Source: Perkinsela sp. CCAP 1560/9 (lineage: Eukaryota > Protista > Euglenozoa: Kinetoplastea). Taken from it: 64,000 nucleotides of DNA. Position numbers and translations under genes: made by a program. Shown one piece after another: positions 50,143 through 61,158 of this stretch. The notes under the pieces are model-generated. The model saw only the letters and a program-made list of their open reading frames with translations. It was not told where the DNA came from and searched no databases. Positions within the stretch are counted from its first letter, which is position 1. Every line of letters begins with the position of its first letter. The DNA lies in the NCBI GenBank assembly GCA_965644495.1, contig CBFFSA010000008.1:310001-374000 (forward strand), given 5' to 3'.

Positions 50143-51525
50143 TTATCTGGCGTTCTGCATCTCATGAAATGTTAATATTTTATCGAACCTTCCAGGGCGC
50201 AGTAAGGCACTATCTAGATGCTGTAGATCCCGATTTGTGAGACCAATTACCCACATTCCCTTTGTAGCACCCAGATTTTCGCCGAAGCCGTCCATTTCAC
50301 ATAAAAGCTGCGACAGGAGCCTTTCACGAACTGACGTAGATGATTTTTCTTCAGTTTCACTGCTTCGTTTTTGCCCAAGAAGATCGATCTCATCAAAAAC
50401 AAGAACGCAAGGGACTCTCGTAGATGCAACCCGGAAAGCTGTTCGAATGTTTCTTTCCGAGTCACCAAAATATGGGGAAAATACAAGAGGACTTGATACA
50501 AGCAAGAAATTGACATGTGGAAATCTTGATTGCAACTGGTATATCATCCGTGTTTTGCCGCATCCTGATGGGCCATGAAGTAAAATAGCAGAGGATGAAC
50601 ATTTCACATGTAAGGGAGAGCTCATATGCAATGCATCTGACTTCCGCACTTCTTCATCCCGTTTCAAGTTAAATTCATAGTTTTGCACACCTTGCTGAAT
50701 TATAAAGCAGATTTTGCTTAATATTTTTTCGTAATCCAAACTGAAACTCGATGTAATGTTTGACCCTTCCTTAAAACCAGAAGTGTCCATTTGGCGCAGG
50801 TAGATAGGAAGCGACGTAATGGCCTCATGCGTATTATTTATTTTTTGGTTATTGGCGCGCTCTTCAGTTGTCGATGAATCAGATCCTTCAAAGTTGGCGG
50901 CTCTTGCGGTGATGGAGGTTCTGCAAAACACAACTGGATAAACAAAATTGATCAAGTCGACAACAAAAGAAAATTCAGTGCTCGTGACCAAAAGGATTCT
51001 CTTCGCATCTTGTTTATGAACTTGTAGAAACTCTTCGAGGTAGCGGCGCACAGCGACGTACTGGGCAGGGAGCAGTAATCTGTCGCGTCCCGAGTCACCA
51101 ACTTCCTCCATGTTGTCAAAAACAAGAATCTTCCATGTCTCGCCACGCCTTTGAGTATTAGTTTTATCTATACCCACCAATATTCTACTTTCAACACTAA
51201 AAGATGTCCTACACTGGTTTGCGTCTGGGGACGACTCTTGCCATGCCGTAAACGGACCAACACTTAGTAGCTTTGGCCAGCTTGTCCAATGAAATTCAAT
51301 GTCACATGAATTCGGATCTCCTACTCGTGATTCGGACAGCAGTTTTTGTTGAAGATGATAGACAAAAGTTGTTTTTCCACTTTTTCTGGGTCCTAACAGC
51401 GAAATACATCTGGAGTTAAAGACACATGAGCGGCAGTTTAATTTGTTGTCTAACCGATCATCCAGCGTCAGTTTGCGTAAGTACGGCAAAAGTTCCTCGC
51501 AGGGAGCTGCATATGAGGACCCCAT
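50143..51525 (-). CDS. AAA+ ATPase (CDC48/AFG2-like; degenerate D1 and conserved D2)
   Basis: GPRKSGKT; GPSGCGKT, VFDEID, LLCEMDG, LDSALLRPGRFD. Confidence 0.85.
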   Translation of the reverse strand: MGSSYAAPCEELLPYLRKLTLDDRLDNKLNCRSCVFNSRCISLLGPRKSGKTTFVYHLQQKLLSESRVGDPNSCDIEFHWTSWPKLLSVGPFTAWQESSPDANQCRTSFSVESRILVGIDKTNTQRRGETWKILVFDNMEEVGDSGRDRLLLPAQYVAVRRYLEEFLQVHKQDAKRILLVTSTEFSFVVDLINFVYPVVFCRTSITARAANFEGSDSSTTEERANNQKINNTHEAITSLPIYLRQMDTSGFKEGSNITSSFSLDYEKILSKICFIIQQGVQNYEFNLKRDEEVRKSDALHMSSPLHVKCSSSAILLHGPSGCGKTRMIYQLQSRFPHVNFLLVSSPLVFSPYFGDSERNIRTAFRVASTRVPCVLVFDEIDLLGQKRSSETEEKSSTSVRERLLSQLLCEMDGFGENLGATKGMWVIGLTNRDLQHLDSALLRPGRFDKILTFHEMQNAR

Positions 51526-52016
51526 TACGAATAATGCAACATTAATCGTGCCGAAAAAATATCATAGGATCTTTAATTCTAAATAGTCACTTTCTCTACA
51601 CAACGTAATGCTAGAAGAGTAGACGGATGTCTTAATACAAGTTGAAAATGCGCGACGAGATCCACAATTAGTAGTTGGGTATGTTGCCTTCAAAAAGAAA
51701 ATAGTTAGTTCAAAAAGAAAGTAGTACCCACGTGGAATGTCCAACCAGGCCGCCAAGTACTGGTTGGACTAGTCGCATGTTTAATATTTCTGTCCGCAAT
51801 TTATAGACCGAAGATTTCGTAAAGTTAGAGGGGAAGAACAAGGCAAGCAAAAAGAAAAGAACAAGTACCCGAATGAACATTTTATTATTCTCACCTTGCG
51901 GTATGCAAGGTCCCATTCATTCGTGTTGATACTATCAACTTGATAGTTCGAAGAACTGTCAGTAGTACTGGTTCCTTAAACGAATGCAAAATATACAAGT
52001 GTGATAAAAACTGTAC

Positions 52017-52427
52017 CTATTCATCGTACAACGAGTATAAGAGCAAAGAAAGCTTATCGAAATTGGATGTTCTGCGTCGATGACCTGTTCGTATAAATTT
52101 TAGCGCACTGTTAATTTCACATTCAAAATCTCCACAAAGTGATCTGGCCTGATTCGACGGTAAAACACCCGATCCATCTGATGCAATTTGATATGCAGAC
52201 GTGTACATGGCCGCCGCACTCCTCTTCGTACCACTTCCCAGCATATTATCTTCTTTTTCAGGAATGCCTGTTGTAGACCTGAAAGCCAGTGTGGAATCAA
52301 GATGAACAAGATCGCGAACCCGTTGTTTCATAATGTGTGTATCATTCGTTTTATCCCCTTGATACAATTCTTTAGGCCAAATTTGCGTTTCTGCAACGTC
52401 GATTACTGTGTTCTTCTTGCAAACCAT
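52017..52427 (-). CDS. Hypothetical protein
   Basis: ORF on the cluster strand. Confidence 0.5.
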   Translation of the reverse strand: MVCKKNTVIDVAETQIWPKELYQGDKTNDTHIMKQRVRDLVHLDSTLAFRSTTGIPEKEDNMLGSGTKRSAAAMYTSAYQIASDGSGVLPSNQARSLCGDFECEINSALKFIRTGHRRRTSNFDKLSLLLYSLYDE

Positions 52428-52599
52428 TGGAACAAATAATAATATTTTTCTTTCTTTCTTTTGTATTACATTGTTGTAATTCAACCCCACCACAATTCAC
52501 TAATTCACTAGAACCGCTCCAATTAATTTAATTAATTTGGGTTACTATTTATTTGCTAGAAAATAAGAAAAGGCAATGATCTCAAGTTACGATAAAGTA

Positions 52600-52920
52600 T
52601 TAAATTTGAGGCCGGAATAATAATCTCCTACGGAGTCTTCCTAAATCATCCAACATAAATGACTGAAGTTGAACGGACGTAGTTTTGAGAGACCTCTGTG
52701 GCTCCTTTGTTTTTAGTGATGAAGTGTCATGTGCAAGGATAGGACAGGTTTCTTTTTGGTTCTCAATAAGCGCGTCTGTGTTTTGCTGCACGTATGAATC
52801 CCTTGAAATTGCAACCTCATCAATAGTTTGTGCGGAAAGTTTTACCAAAGTAAAATACGCTACAGAGGACAGAATTCCTGATGCGCACAGATTCCGAATA
52901 TAGTTACCTGAAAACTTCAT
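52600..52920 (-). CDS. Hypothetical small protein with N-terminal TM
   Basis: ORF on the cluster strand; hydrophobic segment ASGILSSVAYFTLV. Confidence 0.45.
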   Translation of the reverse strand: MKFSGNYIRNLCASGILSSVAYFTLVKLSAQTIDEVAISRDSYVQQNTDALIENQKETCPILAHDTSSLKTKEPQRSLKTTSVQLQSFMLDDLGRLRRRLLFRPQI

Positions 52921-53603
52921 TAATAACGTACAGAAGTACAACCAAGAACACTGCTGCTAACCAATTAACGAAATAATTGTGAGAAATAAAAATTTAGAAT
53001 GTCTATTCAAAATACGGTGGTTCCCGAACAAAAGATCTTAAAATGAAAATTCCACACCCCTAATTTATATTCTGGATACTTCATTTAAACTGATATATGG
53101 TGATTATTTGAAACACTTCACATGATTGACATTATGCAATTTTATTTTTGTGATTAGTAAGTATTAAGTATTAAGACAGGTCGACGTTCGGTCTATACTG
53201 CTCGATCTATGTCTACAGCATAAGATAATTCATACATGTACAACTCGTTGTATGTACAACCTGAGGCTCTGAAGAATCTAAAAAATACGAGAAAAGGACA
53301 AAAAAGAGCTGTCTTCATGCACTACCTTTACTGTGCCTTTATTTATTTCTATTCTATTGTATTACGTGTATGAAAAGTGCTAAATGTGAAATACCGAACT
53401 TCTATCTAGCTAAAAGATGTAGGAATCTAGTACGGGAATATACGTATTGAATGTTACAACTTTGCAACGTATTGTATCTAATCATTGAAATTAAGAAACT
53501 ATTCGTAAAAAATAAAGGGGTAAATGATATCTGTAGAAAATAACATAAAAATCTAGAAAATAAACTCTTTCAAGATCTGCTCCAGTACCGTGTTAAGTTC
53601 GAT

Positions 53604-53930
53604 TCAGTTGCAATTAGATGCCTTTCGCTTCAGTGCCACCTCACTTTCTACAAAAACGTGATCCTGCCGCAACATTTTATGCGAGATTCGAAGTCGCGTA
53701 GGTGGAGCAGGTGATCCTTGTATGGTTCCTCCCCGAACTGAACTGCACCGAGCAACCATTGACAAAGGACGAATTCCGGCCGATGGTTTGTGTTCCGAAC
53801 TCCAACGCCAGGTTGGTGTGTACAGTTCAGAGCGCAATATTGTGCCACGGAGAGGTAGTATTGTTTTCGAGGGAGCTGGCAACATCGAGGGACCACGGTG
53901 AACAGCTGCGAGATGTACACGTGAGAGCAT
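53604..53930 (-). CDS. Hypothetical small protein
   Basis: 108-aa ORF, GC-richer than flanks, MLSRVHL start. Confidence 0.4.
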   Translation of the reverse strand: MLSRVHLAAVHRGPSMLPAPSKTILPLRGTILRSELYTPTWRWSSEHKPSAGIRPLSMVARCSSVRGGTIQGSPAPPTRLRISHKMLRQDHVFVESEVALKRKASNCN

Positions 53931-54173
53931 GTAAAGAGAGATGAAAGTTCTGTTTTAAAAAGTCTGATGAAGTTTTGTTTTGAAAGTTCTGTTTTAAAAA
54001 AAATCTGTTTTAGATAAATAGTGAAAGTTCATAAACGTAAATTTAAGAGATTCATAAATGTCTTTATACATGTTTGTACTGTACGTAAATGTACAAGAAA
54101 TATCAACCAATTTCGTAAGTCCCAATCATACCATCATACCTCTCCATCATACCTCTCGAGGTAGAGGCAAAAT

Positions 54174-55655
54174 TCATCTTCTGCTGTCAAAATCGAACGA
54201 ATTGCCCGGATATTCACGCAATTCTTCGTAATACTTCCCAGATAGAAGCATGTTTTCTATATCCTTTTCCGGAGCCTGCCGAACGCTCGAACGAGCTCCC
54301 AAATCATATTCAAGTTTACGTTTATCTGTATTTCGAGTTGATTTTTCGATTACCCATAGTCCGGTTCCGGAAGGGAATTGAGGACAATACATGTAAGGAT
54401 GCTGATTTTCAAGATCAGAAAGAATTTGCTTCTGCCATTGGCGTCGGGTATTCACGATACAGCGTCCCCACGGGCGTAGTAGATACGGAACTGCGTCTAA
54501 AAAGGTTTTAAACTCCTGCCTCTCACGATTTACAGTCTCTTGGAGGGCCATGATCACTTTCTGCAAGAGATTTGGACGAAACGGCAGTTTTTCTCGTGCT
54601 CCGTTGTCCTCAAACTCAGTTTCATGAATTTCGCCGAAGAAATTCTCTAAAAGAGAGGAAACACGGAGTAGTCCATTCCACGGCCGACTCCGAATAATAG
54701 TATTCGCAACAGAATTAGACTTACTGTACGACACGCCCACGTCATCATGGAACAAGCTCATGAGTTCCTCGTACGTAGATAAATTCAACAAGTCTGTTAT
54801 GGAATCATATCCGTTTACCACGGCTTTATCACCACGTACGGTAAAAGCCTTGGCATACCGAAATGTACAGGGTCCATCACAGCCGGTGGTAAGATCAAGC
54901 CCTCTGTCCTCATCCACGAACTGAGCTTCGCACGGACCTGTCATATCGACAATGATGGCATCAAAGAACCGTTCGGGAAACAACCCTCGTACCCCACTCA
55001 TAGGGTGCGCAAGAAACGTAAAGTGCTCAACCCCAAAGATCCTGCGTAGCTCTGTACCAAAGGGCACCTCCAGGGACTTGTCAATATCCATGGCACACAC
55101 ACGTCCGAACGGGGCAGTGTGTTGGAGTATCGCCGCACTCATGTCGCCCATTCCAAATGTCGCATCCAACACACTGAACTGTACGGGAGGGCGAGATCGG
55201 GTTGTCGCGACTGTGTTTACAACTTGTGTAAGCGCCCTCTGCAGGGTTGGAATTTGCAACCTGCTTTCCGAACGTCGTTGTAGAGCGGTTTTCTGTTCCT
55301 GCCGCACACTGCTTCGATTAGAACCATTCTCATTGGGAAACAAAATTTCATTGAAAAGAGTCCTTTTCTTTGCGACTTGCGACTCAACAATGGGTGGCGA
55401 GATAGCGTTGTTAGATCTTGTTAGGGAGACTAAAGGGCTTGATGTCGAAAAGTTCTTTGCGAAGCGCTTCCGCTTGGTGCGTGTGCTTTTTAAGGCCTCG
55501 CTACGGTTACTAGGTGAATAGACACTCGGAGGGGGGCTACTTTGGAGTCGTAAGTCATGCAAGTATTTATATCTCGGCGTCTCTAAAAGAGCCTGAACGA
55601 CTTTGTCACGAACGCTTCCCTTTACGGCAGATTGCCGTTTTATGACGATCGACAT
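54174..55655 (-). CDS. RsmH/MraW (METTL15)-like methyltransferase
   Basis: VLDATFGMG, CAMDID, DEDRG, ALQETVNRE, LLRPWGR. Confidence 0.8.
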   Translation of the reverse strand: MSIVIKRQSAVKGSVRDKVVQALLETPRYKYLHDLRLQSSPPPSVYSPSNRSEALKSTRTKRKRFAKNFSTSSPLVSLTRSNNAISPPIVESQVAKKRTLFNEILFPNENGSNRSSVRQEQKTALQRRSESRLQIPTLQRALTQVVNTVATTRSRPPVQFSVLDATFGMGDMSAAILQHTAPFGRVCAMDIDKSLEVPFGTELRRIFGVEHFTFLAHPMSGVRGLFPERFFDAIIVDMTGPCEAQFVDEDRGLDLTTGCDGPCTFRYAKAFTVRGDKAVVNGYDSITDLLNLSTYEELMSLFHDDVGVSYSKSNSVANTIIRSRPWNGLLRVSSLLENFFGEIHETEFEDNGAREKLPFRPNLLQKVIMALQETVNRERQEFKTFLDAVPYLLRPWGRCIVNTRRQWQKQILSDLENQHPYMYCPQFPSGTGLWVIEKSTRNTDKRKLEYDLGARSSVRQAPEKDIENMLLSGKYYEELREYPGNSFDFDSRR

Positions 55656-55842
55656 GCTAACATAATTATACAAAAAAGATTGACAAATAACAGGCCCTTG
55701 AATATTGAGTATGGTTGTTCTATTTTCATCGCACACAAACAGTACATTCGTCCATCCAAAAAATATTTTAGGCACCACGATGCTACTACAGGAATGTAAA
55801 CAAATAATTTACAGCAAATAATGTATGATAAGCGAATAAGTT

Positions 55843-57324
55843 TTAAAGCGTGATTATCGTGTATATTAAAATCAGCAAAATAACTGCAGGAACGGATATT
55901 TGCTGGTTCCACAGACGAACGCATAGGCGACCGACTTTCTTATTCATAAGCTGTTGAAACACGTGCACCCTAAATGCATAGAATGTGTCAGAAATAGATT
56001 GGTTCCACGAACGACTGTACCTTCTGGAATTCCTGGTTGGCCGGAAACATACTGCTGGAGGGGATGGTGGCAGTCGTCTGGAAAGCACACTTTGTATTTG
56101 AATCTTTTCTAGCTCCGATTTTGCGGATCTAGTGTTCTGGCTAGCAAAATTTCTGGAAATTTTTTCCTTCATAGAGTTCACCAGTGGCGAACGCAGTATG
56201 TCAGCACAAGACGGCCTCAATCGAGGATCAAACGAAAGAAGTGAACGCAATAACTCCACCATTTCAGCGGGGCGAGATTGTACATCCAAATCAAAACTAA
56301 TGCACTGGTTCCTGTCATCCACTTGAGGAAGCTTGCCATGTGCCATAAGGTAGTGTAGTATCATACCCAATGACCACATATCAGATGCCCGTGAAGAAGA
56401 GTAAGAATATTTTCTTAATTGTGGATCCAGTACAAATAATTCGGGTGCCATGTACTCAGCTGTACCGGTACCTCCTGTTCGAGAGCTGGATTCCGATATT
56501 TCGATGTCGCAACTAGTGCCAAAGTCACCTACCATAAGACGCGGGAGACTGTTAATATCATCCTGCGCCGCAAGTAACAAATTTTGAGGCTTCAAATCGC
56601 GATGAAGAATATTGTGACTGTGAAGGTGATGAACCCCTGAAACCGCACAGAGGAAAAAATACCAAACAAAAGAATTTGAAAGTGCAGAGCCGGAACGCTC
56701 TACGAATATATCCAAAGATCCTTCGGAGGCATATTCCATTAGAATAAAAAGACAAGGAACGACGGGCCCAAAATCTGATATTTTGGCTTCATCTATCCAG
56801 CTGTGATTGTATTGTACAACATTGGGATGACGTGCAACGTCCTCCAATATTCGAACCTCTTTCAACACTTTCGTAAGATATTTTTCATCTTTCCCTACAG
56901 GAATCTTTTTTACTGCAAACAAACCAAGCGTGACACCTCCTACAACGTGTAAACATGCATGAACAGATGCGAAGGAACCTCTTGAAATCCTGCGGAGCTC
57001 CACGAAATTTGATGCATAGTAACCTGAACTTTTAGTACTCGGAAATACTTCTTCACCATCATCTTCACATATATTTTTCTGTGAAAGACGGCGAAAATAG
57101 GTCGCATGCGGGTATGAGGAGTCATTTCTTGTGGGGAGGTATGAACGCGTTTCCATTTTACTCTCCGATTCAGCTTGTGGTTGTGTAAAGGGCTGACGAC
57201 ACAGCGGACAGCAACGGGCACTAACGGATGGCAACCAAAGCGAAGAAGGTAAATGGTGAAGCACGGGTGATTGAAATTTTACTGTGGGGGATGGCAACAA
57301 GCTTTTTTTCATGTCGTTCTCCAT
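55843..57324 (-). CDS. Ser/Thr protein kinase, IKS1-like, C-terminal TM anchor
   Basis: FAVKKIPVG, DFGPVVPCLFILMEY, HRDLKPQN, DFG, GTAEYMAPE. Confidence 0.92.
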   Translation of the reverse strand: MENDMKKSLLPSPTVKFQSPVLHHLPSSLWLPSVSARCCPLCRQPFTQPQAESESKMETRSYLPTRNDSSYPHATYFRRLSQKNICEDDGEEVFPSTKSSGYYASNFVELRRISRGSFASVHACLHVVGGVTLGLFAVKKIPVGKDEKYLTKVLKEVRILEDVARHPNVVQYNHSWIDEAKISDFGPVVPCLFILMEYASEGSLDIFVERSGSALSNSFVWYFFLCAVSGVHHLHSHNILHRDLKPQNLLLAAQDDINSLPRLMVGDFGTSCDIEISESSSRTGGTGTAEYMAPELFVLDPQLRKYSYSSSRASDMWSLGMILHYLMAHGKLPQVDDRNQCISFDLDVQSRPAEMVELLRSLLSFDPRLRPSCADILRSPLVNSMKEKISRNFASQNTRSAKSELEKIQIQSVLSRRLPPSPPAVCFRPTRNSRRYSRSWNQSISDTFYAFRVHVFQQLMNKKVGRLCVRLWNQQISVPAVILLILIYTIITL

Positions 57325-57554
57325 TTTGTTTCATTTGGGGAAACACTTTCTCAAGTGAGAAACGACCAGAGCATGCAAATAAATTTAATACGGATCGCGC
57401 ATAAAACGAAAACGTTTATAATAAACGTCGAATCACGTTCTTTTTTGAAGAGTGAAAGCAGAAGAAATCTTATTACACAACTACTTTTTACTTAGGTAAA
57501 ACTCACTTCTACTCAGGTAACGAAAAATAAGGAGCAAACCTACAAAAACAACCT

Positions 57555-58649
57555 CTAGTTTATCTCTTCGGGCATACATGTATGTGTTTCTGTTTCGGTG
57601 CCATCTTCCAAGGCTGAATCAACATAATTAACCAAAGCTGCTTTTCTCACTGAATTGACATAATGCATAGCCCGAATGGGATGGCCTACTATCTCCCGCA
57701 TAGAATGATGTTCCTCGGGAAATAAAATTAGCTCGCACAGTCGCCGTATCGTGAAAGGTGGATGCGGAAGCTCCACTAAATGGTCAATTATGTACTTATG
57801 GTCCTCCTTAAATGAAGTCATTTGTGCCCTGTCAGGAGCGAGGAAAGGTCGCAAAGCGCTCGCACTTCTAGTTGGAACCGAGCGACCATCAATAACTGAG
57901 GCTCCGTTGTGTACTACGCCGGTGGTGTCACTTCCTCCGTTTGATGTTTCATGTCTAGTTTCCTCGTCGTCGTTCCCAGGCGCTCGACGCGGGCGAGGAG
58001 AATACATATCCAATCCTTCGCTCATCGTCGTCACATCCACTCCAATTGGATCTCCTACCTTTGGTAAATCAACGCTGGGGGGAGGAACTAGATGATCGTT
58101 TGGTGCAGACTCTTGGCAGCTTAAATCCGCATCTAAATCACACTCCGCTCCACTCCACGTATTGTTGTGTACCTTTGCAAGAGAATAGTGAAGTGCGTCT
58201 ACGATAGCAGGTCTGAGCAACGTCCAGGAAATTCCCAAGTCTCCCTTTGCGGCGATGTTTCTCAGTACACGGTAAGGTAAATCTCCCTTTTCGTCCGCGG
58301 GTAAATTTGCGTTTTCTTCCTTCGAAGTTGGATTGCTTGATTTTTTCTTTGAGCATTTCACAGATTTTTTCTTTTTTTTCGGGGAGTCGATTTCAGGAGT
58401 TTTACTCTCGGCATTTTTTTTTGACTTCAGCAACGTCTCTGCTGCAGTTTCTGCACATGATTCCACTGTATTCATGTGTACTGCGTTCTTTGACGTTTCT
58501 GCTATGTTCTCATTCATAGGATTTTCCCACCGGCGATGCGAAATATACTCCTCAAGTTGGCGTATCATAGATTCGATTTCCGTTTTTCGATTATCGGACT
58601 CGCAAAAAGGAGCATCGGTGCCCATTCCAACCGCGATATTTTCATTCAT
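57555..58649 (-). CDS. PPP4R2: PP4 regulatory subunit 2 (PPP4R2/Psy4)-like
   Basis: IAAKG..SW.LL and PPFTIRRLCELILFP motifs. Confidence 0.75.
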   Translation of the reverse strand: MNENIAVGMGTDAPFCESDNRKTEIESMIRQLEEYISHRRWENPMNENIAETSKNAVHMNTVESCAETAAETLLKSKKNAESKTPEIDSPKKKKKSVKCSKKKSSNPTSKEENANLPADEKGDLPYRVLRNIAAKGDLGISWTLLRPAIVDALHYSLAKVHNNTWSGAECDLDADLSCQESAPNDHLVPPPSVDLPKVGDPIGVDVTTMSEGLDMYSPRPRRAPGNDDEETRHETSNGGSDTTGVVHNGASVIDGRSVPTRSASALRPFLAPDRAQMTSFKEDHKYIIDHLVELPHPPFTIRRLCELILFPEEHHSMREIVGHPIRAMHYVNSVRKAALVNYVDSALEDGTETETHTCMPEEIN

Positions 58650-59363
58650 TACAAGAATAATCAGTACCACCAAAAGAAATTTCGCCTATGAGCTTAAAGT
58701 TTTCTATTGAATGCAAACAACTTTCTACAGAACGCTTATGAGTGTCAAATGTTTAACGTTTTCATTATAACATTTAGTCTTATGTAAAGGATACACGAGA
58801 TGAACTTATTACATGAGTGATTAACGTCTAGAGCATGTTCCAGTCTCCTTAACGAGTCCCATGCAAAGAAATTTTGGGCTAACAATACGCGCATTTTTCA
58901 TTTATGTGTGCAGTATGTACAATTTCTCACAGATTCCTGTATGTTGAAAGAGTTGCCAGAATGACCTTTACCAAAGGTGAATCTGACTATGCGATCGTAA
59001 TGTTTATGGTACGAGGATGAGAATGTGCATTGACAGTACGAATAAAATACCAATACACTACCAGATTTCAACATTGTACCAGATACTATATAACGGGATA
59101 CAGCTATACATGTACTCGTAGTACTATTTCACACGACGTAGGCTATAATACCGCTAGGAATACGTTTGTGCCTCCCTTCAGGAAAACGAAACACACCTCT
59201 TAGAAAGTATTGCCATAAACCACATTTCAATGTCCTCTCTGCCGAAAGCATACCACCCCTCATGACAAGGTTACGCTCTTTTAGAGAGGTCGGAATGACT
59301 CCGATAAGTACATACAATTAGCCTGCGGACCTACATTCTACCGACACATAACCACTATTTTTA

Positions 59364-60188
59364 TTAATTCTGGCGATACTTTGTGTGCCGCTGCCTTCCG
59401 GTATATGCATGATTCAACTCCCCGCACATTGCGCAAAGTCGTAAAAGCATGATGCAAATATTATCACCACCTTTCATTAAATCCTCTTTTGACAGGAAAT
59501 CCGATTTCGACTGATCCAATGAATAAAGAGAAACATCATATTTCGTGGACAATTTTTCTTTTTCCCGATTTCTAGGCGCTGCAAACTGAGCAGATGTAAC
59601 ACGTATGTCTTGAAAACCTTCGATCAAAGATACGCTAGCCTCCAGTTCTTCACATGGTTTTGGATATTCAAAATTTATACTTCGCAAAATAGGACACACA
59701 CAAAATAATTCCCAGAGGCGACGAATATCCCGAATAACTAGTTTTCCTACAGGATTTGCCAAACCCGACAGCTGCATCGCGACTTGTGTGTGAAGGCATT
59801 TTACGGCATAGCAATGAGAAACGCCACCGTTACCAAATTTCCCTTTCATGGTCCTATGCCACGTAATTGCCTCCTCCTCCGTCATACATTGGGTGACAGA
59901 TTCTAAGTAGGCTGCATGACTGTTCAAGTACGCTTGTTGGAAAGATGTTTGGTTAGGGTAGCTCATACTACAAAGCAGCATTTCGTGATAAAAACCAATA
60001 CCACCTCCTCTCTCTAAGTGACCTATCACACGATTGATATGTGGGCACATAAGCCATATTGTAGTGGCGCCGACGGGTTTCAAATTTTTGTTGCCCTTTA
60101 CTTTTCCGGAGTGCAGAAAAAATTGAACTCCTATATGACCCTCGGGAGGAGACGCGCCGCACGCAATTGAGTTTTCTGGTAAAGGCAT
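59364..60188 (-). CDS. DUF501 family protein
   Basis: TTIWLMCP..IGHLE.GG, GNGG....VKCLH, NPVG. Confidence 0.8.
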   Translation of the reverse strand: MPLPENSIACGASPPEGHIGVQFFLHSGKVKGNKNLKPVGATTIWLMCPHINRVIGHLERGGGIGFYHEMLLCSMSYPNQTSFQQAYLNSHAAYLESVTQCMTEEEAITWHRTMKGKFGNGGVSHCYAVKCLHTQVAMQLSGLANPVGKLVIRDIRRLWELFCVCPILRSINFEYPKPCEELEASVSLIEGFQDIRVTSAQFAAPRNREKEKLSTKYDVSLYSLDQSKSDFLSKEDLMKGGDNICIMLLRLCAMCGELNHAYTGRQRHTKYRQN

Positions 60189-60864
60189 CGAGCGAACACG
60201 ATAGTCTAACGAACGGCTAAAAATGTAAGCATTGGCATTGTATGCCCTCGAGTGTAAGAAATCATGAACTGAAAGGCATATTTTTTTCGTCTTACCTTAC
60301 GGAACAGGTAAATAAAGTATTCTGTCTTTAAATATTTACAATGTACTATAACAGACATACGACGAGGTGTACCTGGGGGATCGAAAATGTGGAAAGAAAA
60401 CCTACAGAGTACCCGAACGCAAACCGATATCATCGGTTTCATCTGCCGCATGCAACGGCATTTGATTTGCAATGGCGTCCAGGATTTATCCATCGCAGAT
60501 GGTGGAGACAAACCCGATCTTTACGTAGCCGGAGTGGCGTGCTACAACCGTTTGCTTCATTGGAGAAAACCAATGGAAACCGCGTCCAGCGGTCCTCAAC
60601 GGAGGCCAGCGTGACGCATGACCTCTTCGGTCAGCACCGAAAAGGGGCAGCATGCTCACACGAGGGAGAAGTTCAACTTGAAGGAGTCAGGGAGGGGCGA
60701 TGGGGTGGAAATGCACATAAAAGTAGTAAAATTATGCTCGTTTTCGGGGAAAGAAAGGATGAACTAAGAAAAAAGCACCAACAAGGTGCAGAAGTTGTAC
60801 TTTTCCCAAAGTGTAGCTTCTACAAGTGTATAGCTATAGATTTTAAAGTGTTTTATTAGATAAA

Positions 60865-61135
60865 GCTCGTGGAACAACTAGCGCGCCTTACGAAGTAGCC
60901 ACAACACCGACGAAAGACGGTTCTGAGAGAGCGAATTCCGATAATTCAAGTTCCATTTCTTACAATCTTATCTGCTTTCATATGCGGGCGCTTGAATCGG
61001 CCTTCGAATTTCACGCGTATTTACTGGTGAGAAATATCAGAACTGTAAAAGCAACTTCGTCGGTGACCTGCTTATGTGGCACGTGCGAAACCCCGGGCTA
61101 GCGTCTACCGTTTAATCCTCCCCGGAAACGGAGCA
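60865..61135 (+). ncRNA. Candidate structured non-coding RNA (unassigned)
   Basis: Nested stems GCCACA/TGTGGC, CACCGACGAA/TTCGTCGGTG, ACGGTTCTGA/TCAGAACTGT, CCGA..TTCAAG/CTTGAATCGG, TCTGC/GCGGG; G-U pairs favour the + strand. Confidence 0.45.
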
Positions 61136-61158
61136 AGGAGACGTACAGCATTTGTACA

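Noticed and set aside
60958-60970. TCTTACAATCTTA as a telomerase template
   Set aside because: Would encode a G-poor repeat unlike kinetoplastid TTAGGG
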